A stretch of DNA of 64,000 bases from an uncultured Erythrobacter sp. (GTDB taxonomy: Bacteria > Pseudomonadota > Alphaproteobacteria > Sphingomonadales > Sphingomonadaceae): the NCBI GenBank assembly GCA_963529855.1, contig CAURZK010000005.1, positions 28,759 through 92,758 of the forward strand, in the 5' to 3' direction. This document shows, piece after piece, positions 53,252 to 64,000 of this stretch (position 1 is the stretch's first letter; every line of letters begins with the position of its first letter). Under the pieces are notes generated by a model. It did not search any database. It saw nothing but the letters and a program-made list of their open reading frames with translations, and had not been told where the DNA came from. Position numbers and translations under genes: made by a program.

Positions 53252-54481
53252 ATGAAACGAATATGCTGGACCGCGCTTCCGGTCCTGCTGGCTATCGCGC
53301 CGGCGAGTCACGCCCAATCGGTGGGCTATGAAGAAACTCTAGAGGCTGCGGTCAGCGGCCAGCCCCAGGTTCGCACCAGCGAACTACGGCTCGACGCCCG
53401 GCGAGAGATCGCCGAGGCGGCTGACGAACTGCCCGATCCGCAATTGCGCGGCGGCATTCGTAACCTCCCGGTGACGGGGCCGGACATTCTCGATCCCACG
53501 ATGATGACCATGGTCGAGATCGGGATCGAGCAGGACTTTCCCAACCTTGCCGAACGGCGTGCCCGTGCGGGCATCGCTTCTGCGGATATCGATTTTGCTT
53601 CGGCCCAACTGGCTCATGCGCGGCACATGGCACGACTGGGCGCTGGACGCGCGTGGATCTCGCTTGCCTATGCCCAGCGCGCGGATCTGGTCGTTGGCGA
53701 AGCACTAGACGAGATCGAACGCCTCGTACCCCTTGCGCGCAGTTCGGTTGCGGCGGGTACTGCACGGCCTGGCGAAAGTCTGGAGATCCGCCGAGCCGTC
53801 CTTGAAGTGGAAGACGCGCGGACGCGGATCGCGGCAGAGCGCGAAGCCGCGCAGGCTCGTCTCGGCCGATTTATTGGCGCCGAGAATGCGGTCGCTTCGG
53901 GCGAAATTCCACCGGTCGATATCCAAGCCGAGCGGCTGCGGGCTACGCTGGAATACAACCCGGAGATTATTCTGGCGGCAGCTCAAGTCCGTCAGGCTGA
54001 CGCGGCAATCGACCTCGCGCGGTCGGACTTGCGCCCGGATTTCAGCGTCGGGGTCAGTTACGGCGTCAGGGAGCGCCAATATGGTGATTTGTTTTCGGTT
54101 ATGGGGACGGTCACCTTGCCGCTGTTCAGCAAGAAAAGGCAGGAGCCACGCATTGCTGCGGCGCGGTCGGAAGCGGCTGCGGCACGTGAGGCGCAGCTCG
54201 ACGAGCTGCGCGCGCTCGAGGCGCAATTCGAGGCTGATCTGGCCGCGTGGCGCAGCGCCTTCCGACAATGGCAGCGCGCGACGGAGGAGTTGCTTCCATT
54301 GGCCGAAAGCCGAGCCGAACTCGAACGAGCCAGCTTTGCGGCGGGCAGAGCGGAACTGCTCGACGTGATCGAAGCCATCAAGGCGCTGGCGCTGCTTCGC
54401 ATCGATATTCTCGAACGCGAGGAAGCGACTGTCGAAGCTGCCGCCAACCTACGACTGACATACAGGGAACACCATCTATGA
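53252..54481 (+). CDS. cusC: Outer-membrane efflux factor (TolC/CusC family)
   Basis: Signal peptide and two repeated coiled-coil/barrel halves. Immediately precedes the MFP and RND genes. Confidence 0.85.
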   Translation: MKRICWTALPVLLAIAPASHAQSVGYEETLEAAVSGQPQVRTSELRLDARREIAEAADELPDPQLRGGIRNLPVTGPDILDPTMMTMVEIGIEQDFPNLAERRARAGIASADIDFASAQLAHARHMARLGAGRAWISLAYAQRADLVVGEALDEIERLVPLARSSVAAGTARPGESLEIRRAVLEVEDARTRIAAEREAAQARLGRFIGAENAVASGEIPPVDIQAERLRATLEYNPEIILAAAQVRQADAAIDLARSDLRPDFSVGVSYGVRERQYGDLFSVMGTVTLPLFSKKRQEPRIAAARSEAAAAREAQLDELRALEAQFEADLAAWRSAFRQWQRATEELLPLAESRAELERASFAAGRAELLDVIEAIKALALLRIDILEREEATVEAAANLRLTYREHHL

Positions 54482-55986
54482 GAGCCGCAATGGGAGCTGC
54501 GTGGGACAGATTGTCACCACGCCAGAAGTCTTGGACGATGGCAGCCACGATTGCCCTCATCAGTGTTACCGCCGGATATGGCCTCTCGCAGCTTGGCCAA
54601 GATGGCGCAGGAACGGCCGAGAGCAGCGGAACGTCGGGCGCAGAATGCGAGGATGTCCTCTACTGGTACGACCCGATGGTCCCCGGACAGCACTTCGACG
54701 AACCGGGCAAATCGCCGTTCATGGACATGGAACTGGTGCCCAAATGTGCAGGCGAGGAGGCGACCGCTGGCGTTCAGATCGACGCGGGCTTGGTCCAGAA
54801 TTTTGGCATTCGCACCGCCGAAGCAGAGTACGGTCTTCTCGAGCCCGAGATAACCGTCACTGGCGTGCTCGCTTATAATGAACGCGACGTCGCGATCGTC
54901 CAGCCCCGCGCCGGGGGCTATGTTCAAAGGACTTACGGTCGTGCGCCGGATGACGTGATTGGACGGGGCGCGCCGCTTGCGGATATCCTGGTTCCCGAAT
55001 GGGGCGGAGCGCAGCAGGAATATCTGGCCGTCCTGAATAGCGGTGATGAAGAACTTGCGCAGGCGATGCGCGAGCGCATGCGCCTTCTGGGCATGTCTCC
55101 AGGCCTGATCTCGTCGGTGGGACGCAGCGGACGACCGCATTCGACGATCACTGTTACCGCGCCGATCGGCGGGGCGATCACATCGCTCGGCGTGCGTCCG
55201 GGAATGACGGTCATGGCCGGACAGACGCTCGCTGAGATCACCGGTTTCTCGCCGATCTGGCTGGAAGCCGCGGTGCCTGAAACGCAGGCTGCGAATGTAC
55301 GGGTTGGCCAGCCTGTCAGCGCGAACCTGACCGCGTTTCCCGACGAACGGTTCGCGGGGCGCATTATCGCCATCCTGCCGAGTGCACAGGATGCGAGCCG
55401 GACGATCACCGTTCGTGCGCAGCTGCCCAACGCATCCGGACGCCTCAAACCGGGCATGTTCGCGCAGGTTTCGCTGACCCCGGACACACGCCGCGCGCTG
55501 CTGGTACCGTCCGAAGCGGTTATCAGGACCGGACGTCGAACCATCGTAATGGTGAGGCAGGACGAGGGCGGTTTCATGCCCGCCGAGGTTCGGATCGGCC
55601 GCGAAGCGGGTGGAAGGACCGAAGTGCTGGCCGGACTTTCCGCCGGCGAACAGGTCGTGACATCGGGTCAGTTCCTGCTCGATTCCGAGGCAAGCCTGGC
55701 CGGGCTCGATGTCCGCCCGATTGAACAGGTCAGCCGCGAGCAGGCAGATGAAGACGAAGCAACGACTTTCAGTGCGATTGGAACAATCGAGAAAATCGCC
55801 GATGGCTCGGTAACGCTGCGCCACGGGCCCGTCCCGCGGCTCGACTGGCCAGCCATGACGATGACCTTCCGCACGAAGAGCGCGGCGCAGATGCGCGGGC
55901 TCGAGAAGGGAGACAGAGTCCGTTTCACCTTCATCCAGGAGGATGAGGGCCCCCGGATCGAGACCATCGGGAGGGCCGGACAATGA
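54478..55986 (+). CDS. cusB: RND periplasmic adaptor (CusB-like) with C-terminal CusF-like domain
   Basis: ATG 54478 overlaps the cusC stop. Contains [26 protein letters not shown] and a C-terminal ..[25 protein letters not shown]... Confidence 0.9.
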   Translation: MRAAMGAAWDRLSPRQKSWTMAATIALISVTAGYGLSQLGQDGAGTAESSGTSGAECEDVLYWYDPMVPGQHFDEPGKSPFMDMELVPKCAGEEATAGVQIDAGLVQNFGIRTAEAEYGLLEPEITVTGVLAYNERDVAIVQPRAGGYVQRTYGRAPDDVIGRGAPLADILVPEWGGAQQEYLAVLNSGDEELAQAMRERMRLLGMSPGLISSVGRSGRPHSTITVTAPIGGAITSLGVRPGMTVMAGQTLAEITGFSPIWLEAAVPETQAANVRVGQPVSANLTAFPDERFAGRIIAILPSAQDASRTITVRAQLPNASGRLKPGMFAQVSLTPDTRRALLVPSEAVIRTGRRTIVMVRQDEGGFMPAEVRIGREAGGRTEVLAGLSAGEQVVTSGQFLLDSEASLAGLDVRPIEQVSREQADEDEATTFSAIGTIEKIADGSVTLRHGPVPRLDWPAMTMTFRTKSAAQMRGLEKGDRVRFTFIQEDEGPRIETIGRAGQ

Positions 55987-58900
55987 TTGCTCGGATAATC
56001 GATGCCTCGATCGCCAACCGCTTGTTCATCGTTCTGGCGGCCATCGCGGTAACGCTAGGCGGTTTCTGGGCAGTGCGCACGACGCCGGTCGACGCGCTGC
56101 CCGATCTTTCCGACGTCCAAGTTGTGGTCCGGTCCAACTATCCGGGGCAAGCCCCCCGGATCGTCGAGGACCAGGTTACCTATCCGCTGGCAACGACCAT
56201 GCTCTCGGTGCCGGGGGCGAAAACCGTCCGCGGTTACTCGATGTTTGGCGACAGCTATGTCTATATCATCTTCGAGGACGGAACCGACCTCTACTGGGCG
56301 CGCTCGCGCGTGCTCGAGTATCTCAACCAGGTGCAGAACCGCCTGCCCGATGGTGTGACGAGCACGCTGGGTCCAGATGCCACGGGGGTCGGCTGGATTT
56401 ACGAGTACGCGCTGGTCGATCGCACCGGCGGTCATGACCTTGCCGGGCTACGCAGCCTGCAGGACTGGTTCCTGCGCTACGAGCTCAAGACGATCCCCGG
56501 CATTGCCGAAGTCGCGAGCGTCGGCGGTATGGTCAAGCAGTACCAGGTGGTGCTCGAACCTTACCGGATGGCCTCGCTCGGCGTGACCCACGCCGAGATC
56601 GTGAGCGCCATCCAGTCTGCCAACCAGGAAGCGGGCGGCTCGATCGTCGAGATGGGCGAAGCCGAATATATGGTTCGCGCCTCGGGCTATCTCGGCGACC
56701 TCAATGATTTTCGGCAAATCCCTTTACGTACCGAAAGCGGCGGCGTTCCGGTCACGCTTGGCGACGTAGCGACGATCCAGGTCGGCCCTGAACTGCGGCG
56801 TGGCATCGCCGAGCTCAATGGTGAAGGTGAGGTTGCCGGCGGCATCATCGTTCTGCGCCAGGGAGCGGATGCGCGAAGCGCGATCCAGGCCGTGGAGCAA
56901 AAACTCGACGAGTTGCAGGCGAGCCTGCCCGAAGGCGTCGAGATCGTCACGACCTACGACCGTTCACAGCTTATCGACGCCTCAGTGGAGAATCTGACCC
57001 ACAAGCTGATCGAGGAATTCATCGTGGTTGCGCTCGTTTGCGGGCTGTTCCTCTGGCACGCGCGCTCCGCCCTGGTCGCCATCATCACCTTGCCGCTGGG
57101 TGTGCTGGCCGCTTTCATCGTGATGCGCTTTCAGGGAGTGAACGCCAATATCATGTCGCTGGGTGGCATCGCCATCGCGATCGGGGCGATGGTCGATGCC
57201 GCGGTGGTGATGATCGAGAACGCCCACAAGCATCTCGAACGATGGGAGCACGAAAACCCGGATACCGTGCTCGCGGTAAAGGAACGGTGGAGGATCATCG
57301 CCGATGCATCGAAGGAAGTGGGACCAGCGCTGTTCTTCAGCCTGCTGATCATTACGCTGTCATTCCTGCCGGTCTTCACCCTGCAGGCGCAGGAAGGTCG
57401 GTTGTTCGCGCCGCTCGCTTTTACCAAGACCTATGCCATGGCGGCCGCGGCCATTCTCTCGGTAACGCTGGTACCGGTGATGATGGGATGGCTGATCCGT
57501 GGGAAGATCCCTTCGGAGGATTCCAATTTTCTCAACCGCTGGCTGACGAAAATCTACCGCCCGGGACTCGATTGGGTCATGCGGCGCCCCAAGGCAACGC
57601 TGGCGATCGCGGCGGTGATCTTCCTGACCACCGCGATTCCCTTCACCAGGCTTGGCGGCGAGTTTCTCCCCCCGCTCGATGAGGGCGATTTGCTTTACAT
57701 GCCGAGCGCATTGCCCGGGCTTTCGCCCGGCGAGGCTTCGGCGCTGCTGCAGCGCACCGATCGCCTGATCAAGTCGGTCCCGGAAGTGGAAACCGTGTTC
57801 GGCAAGGCGGGCCGTGCGGATACGGCGACGGATCCGGCCCCCCTGACGATGTTCGAAACGACGATCCGTTTCAAGCCGCGCGAGGAGTGGCGCGAGGGAA
57901 TGACGCCCGATCTGCTCGTCGAGGAACTCGACCGGGTCGTGCGGGTGCCGGGCCTCGCCAATGTCTGGGTGCCCCCGATCCGCAACCGGATCGACATGCT
58001 CGCGACCGGCATCAAGAGTCCGATCGGGGTGAAGGTTTCAGGCGACGACCTTGAGCAGATCGAACGCGTGGCGCTCGAGGTGGAAGGTGTGGCCAAGACG
58101 GTCCCGGGGGTCAGCTCGGCATTGGCGGAACGCCTGTCGGGTGGCCGCTATGTCGATGTCGATATCGATCGGATGGCCGCTGCGCGATACGGGCTCAACA
58201 TAACCGACGTGCAGCAGATAGTCTCCGGCGCGGTCGGCGGCGCCAATGTCGCCCGGACGGTCGAGGGCCTCGCGCGCTATCCCATCAATGTGAGGTATCC
58301 GCGCGAAATCCGCGATAGCGTCGATGAGCTTAGAGCCTTGCCGGTCCTCACGCCGTCTGGCCAGCAGATCACGCTTGGAACCGTAGCCCGGGTGGGGGTC
58401 AGCGACGGTCCGCCCATGCTCAAGAGCGAACAGGGCCGGCTGACCAGCTACATCTATGTCGATGTCCGGGGCCGGGATCTCACCTCGGTGGTGGCCGATC
58501 TCCAGGAGGCGGTTGCTGCGGGTGTCGATCTGCCCGCCGGTGTCAGCCTCTCATATGCGGGCCAGTTCGAATATCTGACACGCGCTTATGAGCGGTTGCA
58601 GATCGTGGTGCCCGCGACACTGGTGATCATATTCCTGCTGCTCTATCTCATATTCAGGAGAGTGGATGAGGCGATGCTCATCATGGGCACCCTGCCTTTC
58701 GCGCTCAGCGGTGGTTATTGGCTGCTCTATCTGATGGGCTACAACCAGTCCGTGGCGACAGCGGTCGGCTTCATCGCGCTCGCCGGTGTCTCGGCCGAGT
58801 TCGGTGTGGTGATGCTGATCTACCTGAAAGCCGCGCTGGAGCGGCGGCAAGGTACCCTCAGCGCTGAAGAAGTGGACGAAGCCATCCGGGAAGGCGCGCT

Positions 58901-59150
58901 CCTGCGCGTGCGACCCAAGGCGATGACGGTGGCGGTCATTCTTGCTGGCCTCTTCCCGATCCTGATCGGCACCGGTGCAGGTTCGGAAGTGATGAGCCGG
59001 ATCGCCGCACCGATGATAGGGGGTATGATAACTGCCCCGCTTCTGTCGATGTTTTTGCTTCCCGCCGCATATCTGCTGTTGCGGCGGCCCCGTCCGGAAA
59101 AACCGGCACAAACCGAAGGAGACGAAGAATGCGTACCCCAACCTACATGA
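55983..59150 (+). CDS. cusA: Heavy-metal efflux RND transporter (CusA/CzcA family)
   Basis: 1055 aa with 12-TM RND architecture. N-terminus [26 protein letters not shown] overlap with the cusB stop. Confidence 0.95.
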   Translation: MIARIIDASIANRLFIVLAAIAVTLGGFWAVRTTPVDALPDLSDVQVVVRSNYPGQAPRIVEDQVTYPLATTMLSVPGAKTVRGYSMFGDSYVYIIFEDGTDLYWARSRVLEYLNQVQNRLPDGVTSTLGPDATGVGWIYEYALVDRTGGHDLAGLRSLQDWFLRYELKTIPGIAEVASVGGMVKQYQVVLEPYRMASLGVTHAEIVSAIQSANQEAGGSIVEMGEAEYMVRASGYLGDLNDFRQIPLRTESGGVPVTLGDVATIQVGPELRRGIAELNGEGEVAGGIIVLRQGADARSAIQAVEQKLDELQASLPEGVEIVTTYDRSQLIDASVENLTHKLIEEFIVVALVCGLFLWHARSALVAIITLPLGVLAAFIVMRFQGVNANIMSLGGIAIAIGAMVDAAVVMIENAHKHLERWEHENPDTVLAVKERWRIIADASKEVGPALFFSLLIITLSFLPVFTLQAQEGRLFAPLAFTKTYAMAAAAILSVTLVPVMMGWLIRGKIPSEDSNFLNRWLTKIYRPGLDWVMRRPKATLAIAAVIFLTTAIPFTRLGGEFLPPLDEGDLLYMPSALPGLSPGEASALLQRTDRLIKSVPEVETVFGKAGRADTATDPAPLTMFETTIRFKPREEWREGMTPDLLVEELDRVVRVPGLANVWVPPIRNRIDMLATGIKSPIGVKVSGDDLEQIERVALEVEGVAKTVPGVSSALAERLSGGRYVDVDIDRMAAARYGLNITDVQQIVSGAVGGANVARTVEGLARYPINVRYPREIRDSVDELRALPVLTPSGQQITLGTVARVGVSDGPPMLKSEQGRLTSYIYVDVRGRDLTSVVADLQEAVAAGVDLPAGVSLSYAGQFEYLTRAYERLQIVVPATLVIIFLLLYLIFRRVDEAMLIMGTLPFALSGGYWLLYLMGYNQSVATAVGFIALAGVSAEFGVVMLIYLKAALERRQGTLSAEEVDEAIREGALLRVRPKAMTVAVILAGLFPILIGTGAGSEVMSRIAAPMIGGMITAPLLSMFLLPAAYLLLRRPRPEKPAQTEGDEECVPQPT

Positions 59151-59527
59151 TCCTGCTCGCAGCTCCGCTGGCGTTGGCGGCTTGCGATAGCGCCGAGGAT
59201 GCGAGCGAACCGGCAGAAACGATGATGGCCGACGAAATGTCCAACGCGGACAGCATGCCGATGTCAGACGATATGCCGATGATGGACAATGCGGAGGTGG
59301 GCCAGTCTGGCAGCGGCGAAGGCTCGGTGACCGAGATTGACGAGACCGAAGGAAAGATCACGATTGATCACGGCCCTATCCCCGCGGTGGGATGGCCGGC
59401 CATGACCATGGCTTTCGCCGCCGATGAGGAAAGCCTCGGCAAGGTGTCGGTCGGCGACCGCGTGACTTTCGAGTTCCGGACTACAGAAGGCGGGAGCGGA
59501 GAGCTCACCGCAATCGCCAAGCAGTGA
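59129..59527 (+). CDS. cusF: CusF-like periplasmic copper-binding lipoprotein
   Basis: Lipobox LALAAC, a Met/Asp-rich linker, and [21 protein letters not shown]. Its 5' end overlaps the cusA 3' end by 22 nt. Confidence 0.8.
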   Translation: MRTPTYMILLAAPLALAACDSAEDASEPAETMMADEMSNADSMPMSDDMPMMDNAEVGQSGSGEGSVTEIDETEGKITIDHGPIPAVGWPAMTMAFAADEESLGKVSVGDRVTFEFRTTEGGSGELTAIAKQ

Positions 59528-59611
59528 ATCGAGAAGCGCCGCACCGAAGGACGGTGCGGCGCACTTCAACCCGGATTGTTTAAATCAATATCCGTCAGAA
59601 AGGAGCGCGAG

Positions 59612-59737
59612 ATGATGACCGGAAACAGCATGATGGATGCCCCCATGATGATGTGGGCGATGGGCCTCTTCTGGGTCCTGCTCCTGACACTTATGATCCT
59701 TGGGATCCTGGCACTGCTCAAATACCTCAGAACGTAG
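59612..59737 (+). CDS. Unlisted 41-aa Met-rich single-TM peptide upstream of copA
   Basis: Hand-translated as MMTGNSMMDAPMMMWAMGLFWVLLLTLMILGILALLKYLRT*. Strong RBS AAAGGAG 7 nt upstream. Confidence 0.5.
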   Translation: MMTGNSMMDAPMMMWAMGLFWVLLLTLMILGILALLKYLRT

Positions 59738-59846
59738 AAGACCATACGGCGGCGCGAAGTGGTCGTGGTCGAGGCCTTGGACGGTTCGGAACAAGTGCAG
59801 CCAGAGCATAGTATTTCAATAGGCGCTTTCGAAACGGGAAGAATAC

Positions 59847-62204
59847 ATGACTGATAAATCTGTCACAGGCACGCAGACCGCTGTCCCGAACGAAACGGCG
59901 GTCGATCCCGTATGCGGAATGAACGTCGCTATGAAGACGGCGAAATATACGCATGAGCATGAGGGAGCCGAACATTACTTCTGCTCCTCGCGCTGTCTCG
60001 ACAAATTCCGCGCCGATCCCGAACTCTATCTCTCGAAGGCTCACCTCGACGCCGTAGAAGATGTACCTGAAGGCACGATCTATACCTGCCCCATGCATCC
60101 CGAAATCAGACAGCCCGGACCGGGGTCCTGTCCCATTTGCGGGATGGCGCTCGAACCGGAGACAGTCAGCCTTGACGACGGGCCGGATCCCGAACTCGTC
60201 GACATGAGCCGCAGGTTCTGGTGGAGCGCGCTCTTCACGCTTCCGCTGTTTGCGTATGCCATGGGCGACCTTTTGCCCTCGAGACCATTCCACGGGGTCA
60301 TCGACCCGGCCTGGGCACAGTGGCTGCAGCTGGTGCTTGCCTCTCCGGTCGTTCTGTGGGGCGGCTGGCCTTTTTTCACGCGTGCGGTGCAGTCGGTCCG
60401 CACGATGAATCTCAACATGTTCACCCTGATCGGGTTTGGCGTAGCGATCGCCTATTTTTTCAGCGTGGTGGCGACGCTCGTGCCGGACATCTTTCCCGAT
60501 GCGTTTCGCGATGATGCGGGCCGCGTCGGCGTCTATTTCGAAGCCGCCGCGGTCATTACCACACTGGTACTGTTGGGCCAGGTGCTGGAGCTCAAGGCGA
60601 GGGGGTCTACTTCGAGCGCGCTACGCGCCCTGCTGGAGCTAGCACCTCCAACAGCGATGAAGATTTTCGCCCGCGGCGACGAGCGAGAAGTGCCGCTCGA
60701 CGAATTGAGTTCGGGCGATCTCCTGCGCGTCCGCCCAGGTGACAAGGTTCCGGTTGATGGCAGCGTCGAGGAAGGCAGCAGCGCCATCGACGAATCGATG
60801 ATCAGTGGCGAGCCCATCCCGGTCAAGAAAAATGCCGGCGATACGGTAATCGGCGGTACGGTGAACCAGACCGGCAGTTTCACCATGCGCGCGACGCAGG
60901 TTGGCGCGGATACGATGCTATCCAAAATTGTCCAGATGGTGGCGGAGGCGCAGCGCAGCCGGGCGCCGATCCAGCGTCTCGCCGATCAGGTTACTGCCTG
61001 GTTCGTACCCATCGTTGTTCTGGTGGCCATCGTCAGTTTCGGTGTCTGGGCGGTGTGGGGGCCTGCGCCGGCTCTGGCATACGCATTGATAAACGCGATC
61101 GCCGTTCTGATCATCGCCTGTCCCTGCGCCCTCGGACTGGCGACGCCGATGTCGATAATGACCGGCACGGGCAAAGGTGCCCAGCACGGGATCCTTATCA
61201 AGAATGCCGAGGCACTCGAAACCCTCGAAAAGATCGATACACTGGTGGTCGACAAGACCGGCACGCTGACGCTCGGGAAACCGGATCTGGTCGATGTGCA
61301 ACCCCGCTCCGGCTTCACCGACGGCGAATTGCTCAGCCTGGTGGCGGCGGTCGAACGCGGAAGCGAGCACCCGCTCGCGCATGCGATAGTCGAGGGTGCT
61401 GAAAACCGCGGAGCAGCCATTCTGGATGCCGCGAATATCGAATCCGTCACCGGCGAAGGCATCCAAGCAAGCGTCGAGGGTCGCAATATCGCGATCGGCA
61501 ACGAAAAAATGATGAAGCGCATCGGCGCCCTAGAGGAAACTTGGCGGCAGTCTGCGGAAGAAGGTCGACAGCTGGGCCAAACGGTGATGTTCGTGGCAGT
61601 GGACGGAGCGCCGGCGGGCCTCATCGCGGTCGCCGACCCGATCAAGGAAACGAGCCGCACTGCCATTACCGCGTTGCACGAGCGCGGCATCAAGGTCGTG
61701 ATGCTGACCGGCGACAGCGAGGCTACCGCCCTCGCGGTTGCCGAACAGGTCGGCATCGATGAGGTCGAGGCGAACGTCTCGCCAGAAGACAAGCATCGCA
61801 AGGTTGAGGAGTTGAAGAGCGGCGGCAGCCGTGTCGCCATGGCCGGCGATGGGATCAACGACGCCCCTGCGCTCGCCGCTTCGCATGTTGGAATTGCAAT
61901 GGGAACCGGTACCGATGTCGCCATCGAAAGCGCGGGCGTGACACTGGTCCGCGGCGATTTGGTTGGCGTTGTTCAAGCGCTGGTCCTGTCCCGGGCCACG
62001 ATGCGCAATATCCGCCAGAACCTGTTCTTCGCCTTCGCTTACAATACGCTCGGGATTCCCGTGGCCGCCGGCGTCCTTTATCCTTGGACTGGCATGCTCC
62101 TCAGCCCGATGATCGCAGCCGCGGCAATGAGTTTGTCGTCGGTCTCCGTTATCGGCAATGCGCTGAGGCTTAGAGGCCTATCGCTCCCAAGGTTCGACGC
62201 GTGA
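59847..62204 (+). CDS. copA: Copper-translocating P1B-type ATPase
   Basis: N-terminal TRASH/YHS-like DPVCGM..YFCSSRC, CPMHPE..CPICGM, TM CPC motif ([12 protein letters not shown]), [15 protein letters not shown]. Confidence 0.95.
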   Translation: MTDKSVTGTQTAVPNETAVDPVCGMNVAMKTAKYTHEHEGAEHYFCSSRCLDKFRADPELYLSKAHLDAVEDVPEGTIYTCPMHPEIRQPGPGSCPICGMALEPETVSLDDGPDPELVDMSRRFWWSALFTLPLFAYAMGDLLPSRPFHGVIDPAWAQWLQLVLASPVVLWGGWPFFTRAVQSVRTMNLNMFTLIGFGVAIAYFFSVVATLVPDIFPDAFRDDAGRVGVYFEAAAVITTLVLLGQVLELKARGSTSSALRALLELAPPTAMKIFARGDEREVPLDELSSGDLLRVRPGDKVPVDGSVEEGSSAIDESMISGEPIPVKKNAGDTVIGGTVNQTGSFTMRATQVGADTMLSKIVQMVAEAQRSRAPIQRLADQVTAWFVPIVVLVAIVSFGVWAVWGPAPALAYALINAIAVLIIACPCALGLATPMSIMTGTGKGAQHGILIKNAEALETLEKIDTLVVDKTGTLTLGKPDLVDVQPRSGFTDGELLSLVAAVERGSEHPLAHAIVEGAENRGAAILDAANIESVTGEGIQASVEGRNIAIGNEKMMKRIGALEETWRQSAEEGRQLGQTVMFVAVDGAPAGLIAVADPIKETSRTAITALHERGIKVVMLTGDSEATALAVAEQVGIDEVEANVSPEDKHRKVEELKSGGSRVAMAGDGINDAPALAASHVGIAMGTGTDVAIESAGVTLVRGDLVGVVQALVLSRATMRNIRQNLFFAFAYNTLGIPVAAGVLYPWTGMLLSPMIAAAAMSLSSVSVIGNALRLRGLSLPRFDA

Positions 62205-62740
62205 GGTGTACTGACCGAAAAGACGAACGCACGTATGTCGCCACGCGATCGCATGGAACGAGTGCTAATCCGAGCGGTGAGACATGGCGCGGCGCACATC
62301 CATTGGTTTGGATTTCGGTGATCGGGTTTCTGAGCGCGTTCGTCTGGGAGATGCTACAATTGCCGTTCTACGAGGCGGGCGGCCTGACGCCCGCGCAGGC
62401 CGCATACCGCTGCGGCCTCGCATCGCTCGGCGATGCCGGTATCATGGTCGCGGCCTATCTCGTGGGCTCCATCGGCAACTCGTATTCCCCATGGCTGGTG
62501 CGCTGGCCCGCGGGACGGTTTAGTGCATACCTCGCGACAGGTCTTGTCATCACTGCGAGCGTCGAGGTTCTCGCGGTCGGGGCCGACTGGGGCTGGACCT
62601 ACAGCGATCTCATGCCCCTGCTGCCAGGAACGCATATTGGACTTGTTCCTATGCTCATGTGGGTCATTGTCCCTACTGCGACCCTGTGGCTGGTCCGCAG
62701 AATAGGCGTCGGACCGAAGGAGCGTCTCCCGAACAATTAG
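62201..62740 (+). CDS. Hypothetical polytopic membrane protein
   Basis: 4-5 hydrophobic segments. Start is uncertain, with TTG 62303 as a possibility. 4-nt overlap with the copA stop if GTG 62201 is used. Confidence 0.3.
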   Translation: MRCTDRKDERTYVATRSHGTSANPSGETWRGAHPLVWISVIGFLSAFVWEMLQLPFYEAGGLTPAQAAYRCGLASLGDAGIMVAAYLVGSIGNSYSPWLVRWPAGRFSAYLATGLVITASVEVLAVGADWGWTYSDLMPLLPGTHIGLVPMLMWVIVPTATLWLVRRIGVGPKERLPNN

Positions 62741-62760
62741 AGCAAGTTCGAGATGCCCCG

Positions 62761-64000
62761 CTACTGTGAGCGGTGGTGACGATTACCGTAGCGAAATCCA
62801 AGCACCAAAGCGAGGAAGGCTACCAGCTGAGCGGCGAGCGTTTCCACGGTGGGAAAGAACCCGAGATCGGGCAGGCGGGGAAGTCCCGACACCGCGGTCA
62901 TGGAGATCGTGCCCGCTTCCTGGAACGCGCCCACACCCTTGCCGGCCAGGATGATCGCGAGGACTGCGATCAGTATCGCGCTGTACTTGAAGAATTGCGT
63001 GATCGGCAGCTTGCGGCTGTAGCGGAGCATGAACCATGCAAGAGCCGACAGGACGGCGAGAGCCGACACCGCCCCTGCAAGTATCACCGAACTGCTATCA
63101 GGGGTCCAGAGGGCGGCATAGAACAGGATCGTCTCGAAGGCTTCGCGATAGACTACGACAAAAGCGAGCCCGAAGAGAAACCATGCTGATCGCCTGGAAA
63201 GAGCCTTCCCCATCCTTTGCTGAATATAGCGTCGCCATTCATCTGCATGGCTCTTGCCGTGCATCCAGATCCCGACGGAAATGAGGATGACCGCCGCCAA
63301 CAGCGCACCGAATCCTTCGGTGAGCTCGCGGCTCGCTCCGCTAATAGCGACGAAGTAGGTCGCGGCCACCCAGGTGGCGACGCCTGCCAGCAGCGCGGCG
63401 ATCCAGCCGCCATGAACGTAGGCGATTACTTCGCCGCGATCCGATTTGCGAACGAAGGCGATCATGGCAATCACCACGAGAAGTGCCTCTATCCCCTCGC
63501 GCAGCAGGATCGTGAAGGCACCCAGAAAAGTGGAGATGTCGCTGGCTGCTTCGGGCGCGAGAGCGACATCCGCTTGCTCAAGCAGGCTCGCGGCGAAAGC
63601 GTGTCGTTCGCGCAATCGCGAGACAGGCACGTTGCGCTCGATATCTGAACGATATTGGCTGAGCGCTTGCTCGATCTGCCGCATGAGATCACCATCGCGC
63701 GTCGCGAGAATACCCTCGACCGGTTCGAAGCCGTCAAGATAGGCCGACAGAGCTAGTCGGCGCGCCTCTGCGCGTTCGCCCCGCTCGTAGGCGGCGAGAC
63801 TTTGCTGCAGGGTCTGCCGCGCAAGATCGAGCGAGCCGTTCTCGCTTCTCTGGCTGACAACTCCGGGATTTGATCGCAGGTATGCCATGACGGCCAATGC
63901 CCGGTTCTCTCCGATCGCGTCGGCGAGCTCTGCGGGCGTGATGGCCGCAAGTGTCTCGAGATCGGGTATCAGACGCCGCACCCGGTCATCTTCGCGCCAG
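62761..64000 (-). CDS. FTR1-family iron/lead permease with N-terminal extension, 5' end beyond the window
   Basis: REGIEALLVVIAM and YREAFETILFY (two RExxE motifs). The reading frame stays open upstream of GTG 63981 to the window edge. Confidence 0.8.
   Translation of the reverse strand, partial: WREDDRVRRLIPDLETLAAITPAELADAIGENRALAVMAYLRSNPGVVSQRSENGSLDLARQTLQQSLAAYERGERAEARRLALSAYLDGFEPVEGILATRDGDLMRQIEQALSQYRSDIERNVPVSRLRERHAFAASLLEQADVALAPEAASDISTFLGAFTILLREGIEALLVVIAMIAFVRKSDRGEVIAYVHGGWIAALLAGVATWVAATYFVAISGASRELTEGFGALLAAVILISVGIWMHGKSHADEWRRYIQQRMGKALSRRSAWFLFGLAFVVVYREAFETILFYAALWTPDSSSVILAGAVSALAVLSALAWFMLRYSRKLPITQFFKYSAILIAVLAIILAGKGVGAFQEAGTISMTAVSGLPRLPDLGFFPTVETLAAQLVAFLALVLGFRYGNRHHRSQ

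Noticed and set aside
54514-55983. 489-aa minus-strand ORF antisense to the cusB-like gene
   Set aside because: No motifs and Arg-rich. The plus-strand gene has clear adaptor and CusF-like signatures and operon coupling.
1-64000. Search for CRISPR arrays, rRNA, IS elements/transposases and integrases
   Set aside because: I found no regularly spaced repeat-spacer array, no rRNA-like sequence, and no DDE/transposase, tyrosine-recombinase or serine-recombinase motifs in any listed ORF. The only short tandem repeats are the three iterons at 18701-18765.

Overview
64-kb high-GC proteobacterial segment. Gene content suggests an alphaproteobacterium, possibly a sphingomonad, but this is inference only. 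There are three blocks. (1) nt ~1.4-31 kb is the mostly minus-strand backbone of an ICE or conjugative-plasmid-type element. It carries trbB-C-D-E-J-(K-alt)-L-F-G-I-DUF2274, coupled by 4-nt ATGA/GTGA overlaps. It also carries an RHH regulator, the traG coupling protein, a relaxase, a lytic transglycosylase, DUF736, TraF peptidase, DUF2840 and a RepA-type initiator with 3 iteron-like repeats. Further along are an RdfS/FseA/QseM/QseC-like excision-control cassette, DUF932 (in-frame TGA), HU and a ParB-like protein. (2) nt 25.6-36.3 kb is cargo interleaved with and distal to that backbone, visibly lower in GC, and it reads as a defence island. It holds a TIGR02391/Hypoth_ymh-type protein and a retron-type reverse transcriptase fused to a TOPRIM domain with a candidate msr/msd locus. 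It also holds a translationally coupled cGAS/SMODS-like nucleotidyltransferase + PD-(D/E)xK (DUF6602-like) pair and an AAA+ ATPase + S8 subtilase pair (IetAS-like). The block ends at tRNA-Arg(CCG) (36705-36781), which has a 42-nt 5'-half pseudo-copy 168 nt away. I found no integrase, transposase, CRISPR array or rRNA in the window. (3) nt 37.5-64 kb is a copper / sulfur / oxidative-stress island. It carries an APC permease-K channel-DUF305 cluster, an MBL-rhodanese protein, a peroxiredoxin, a multicopper oxidase, DUF411, CueR with MerR-type 19-bp-spacer promoters, a cusCBAF-like RND system, a CopA P-type ATPase and an FTR1 permease. All functional calls come from motif recognition in the supplied translations; no database search was possible. 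Start codons were chosen by hand using RBS and overlap logic.
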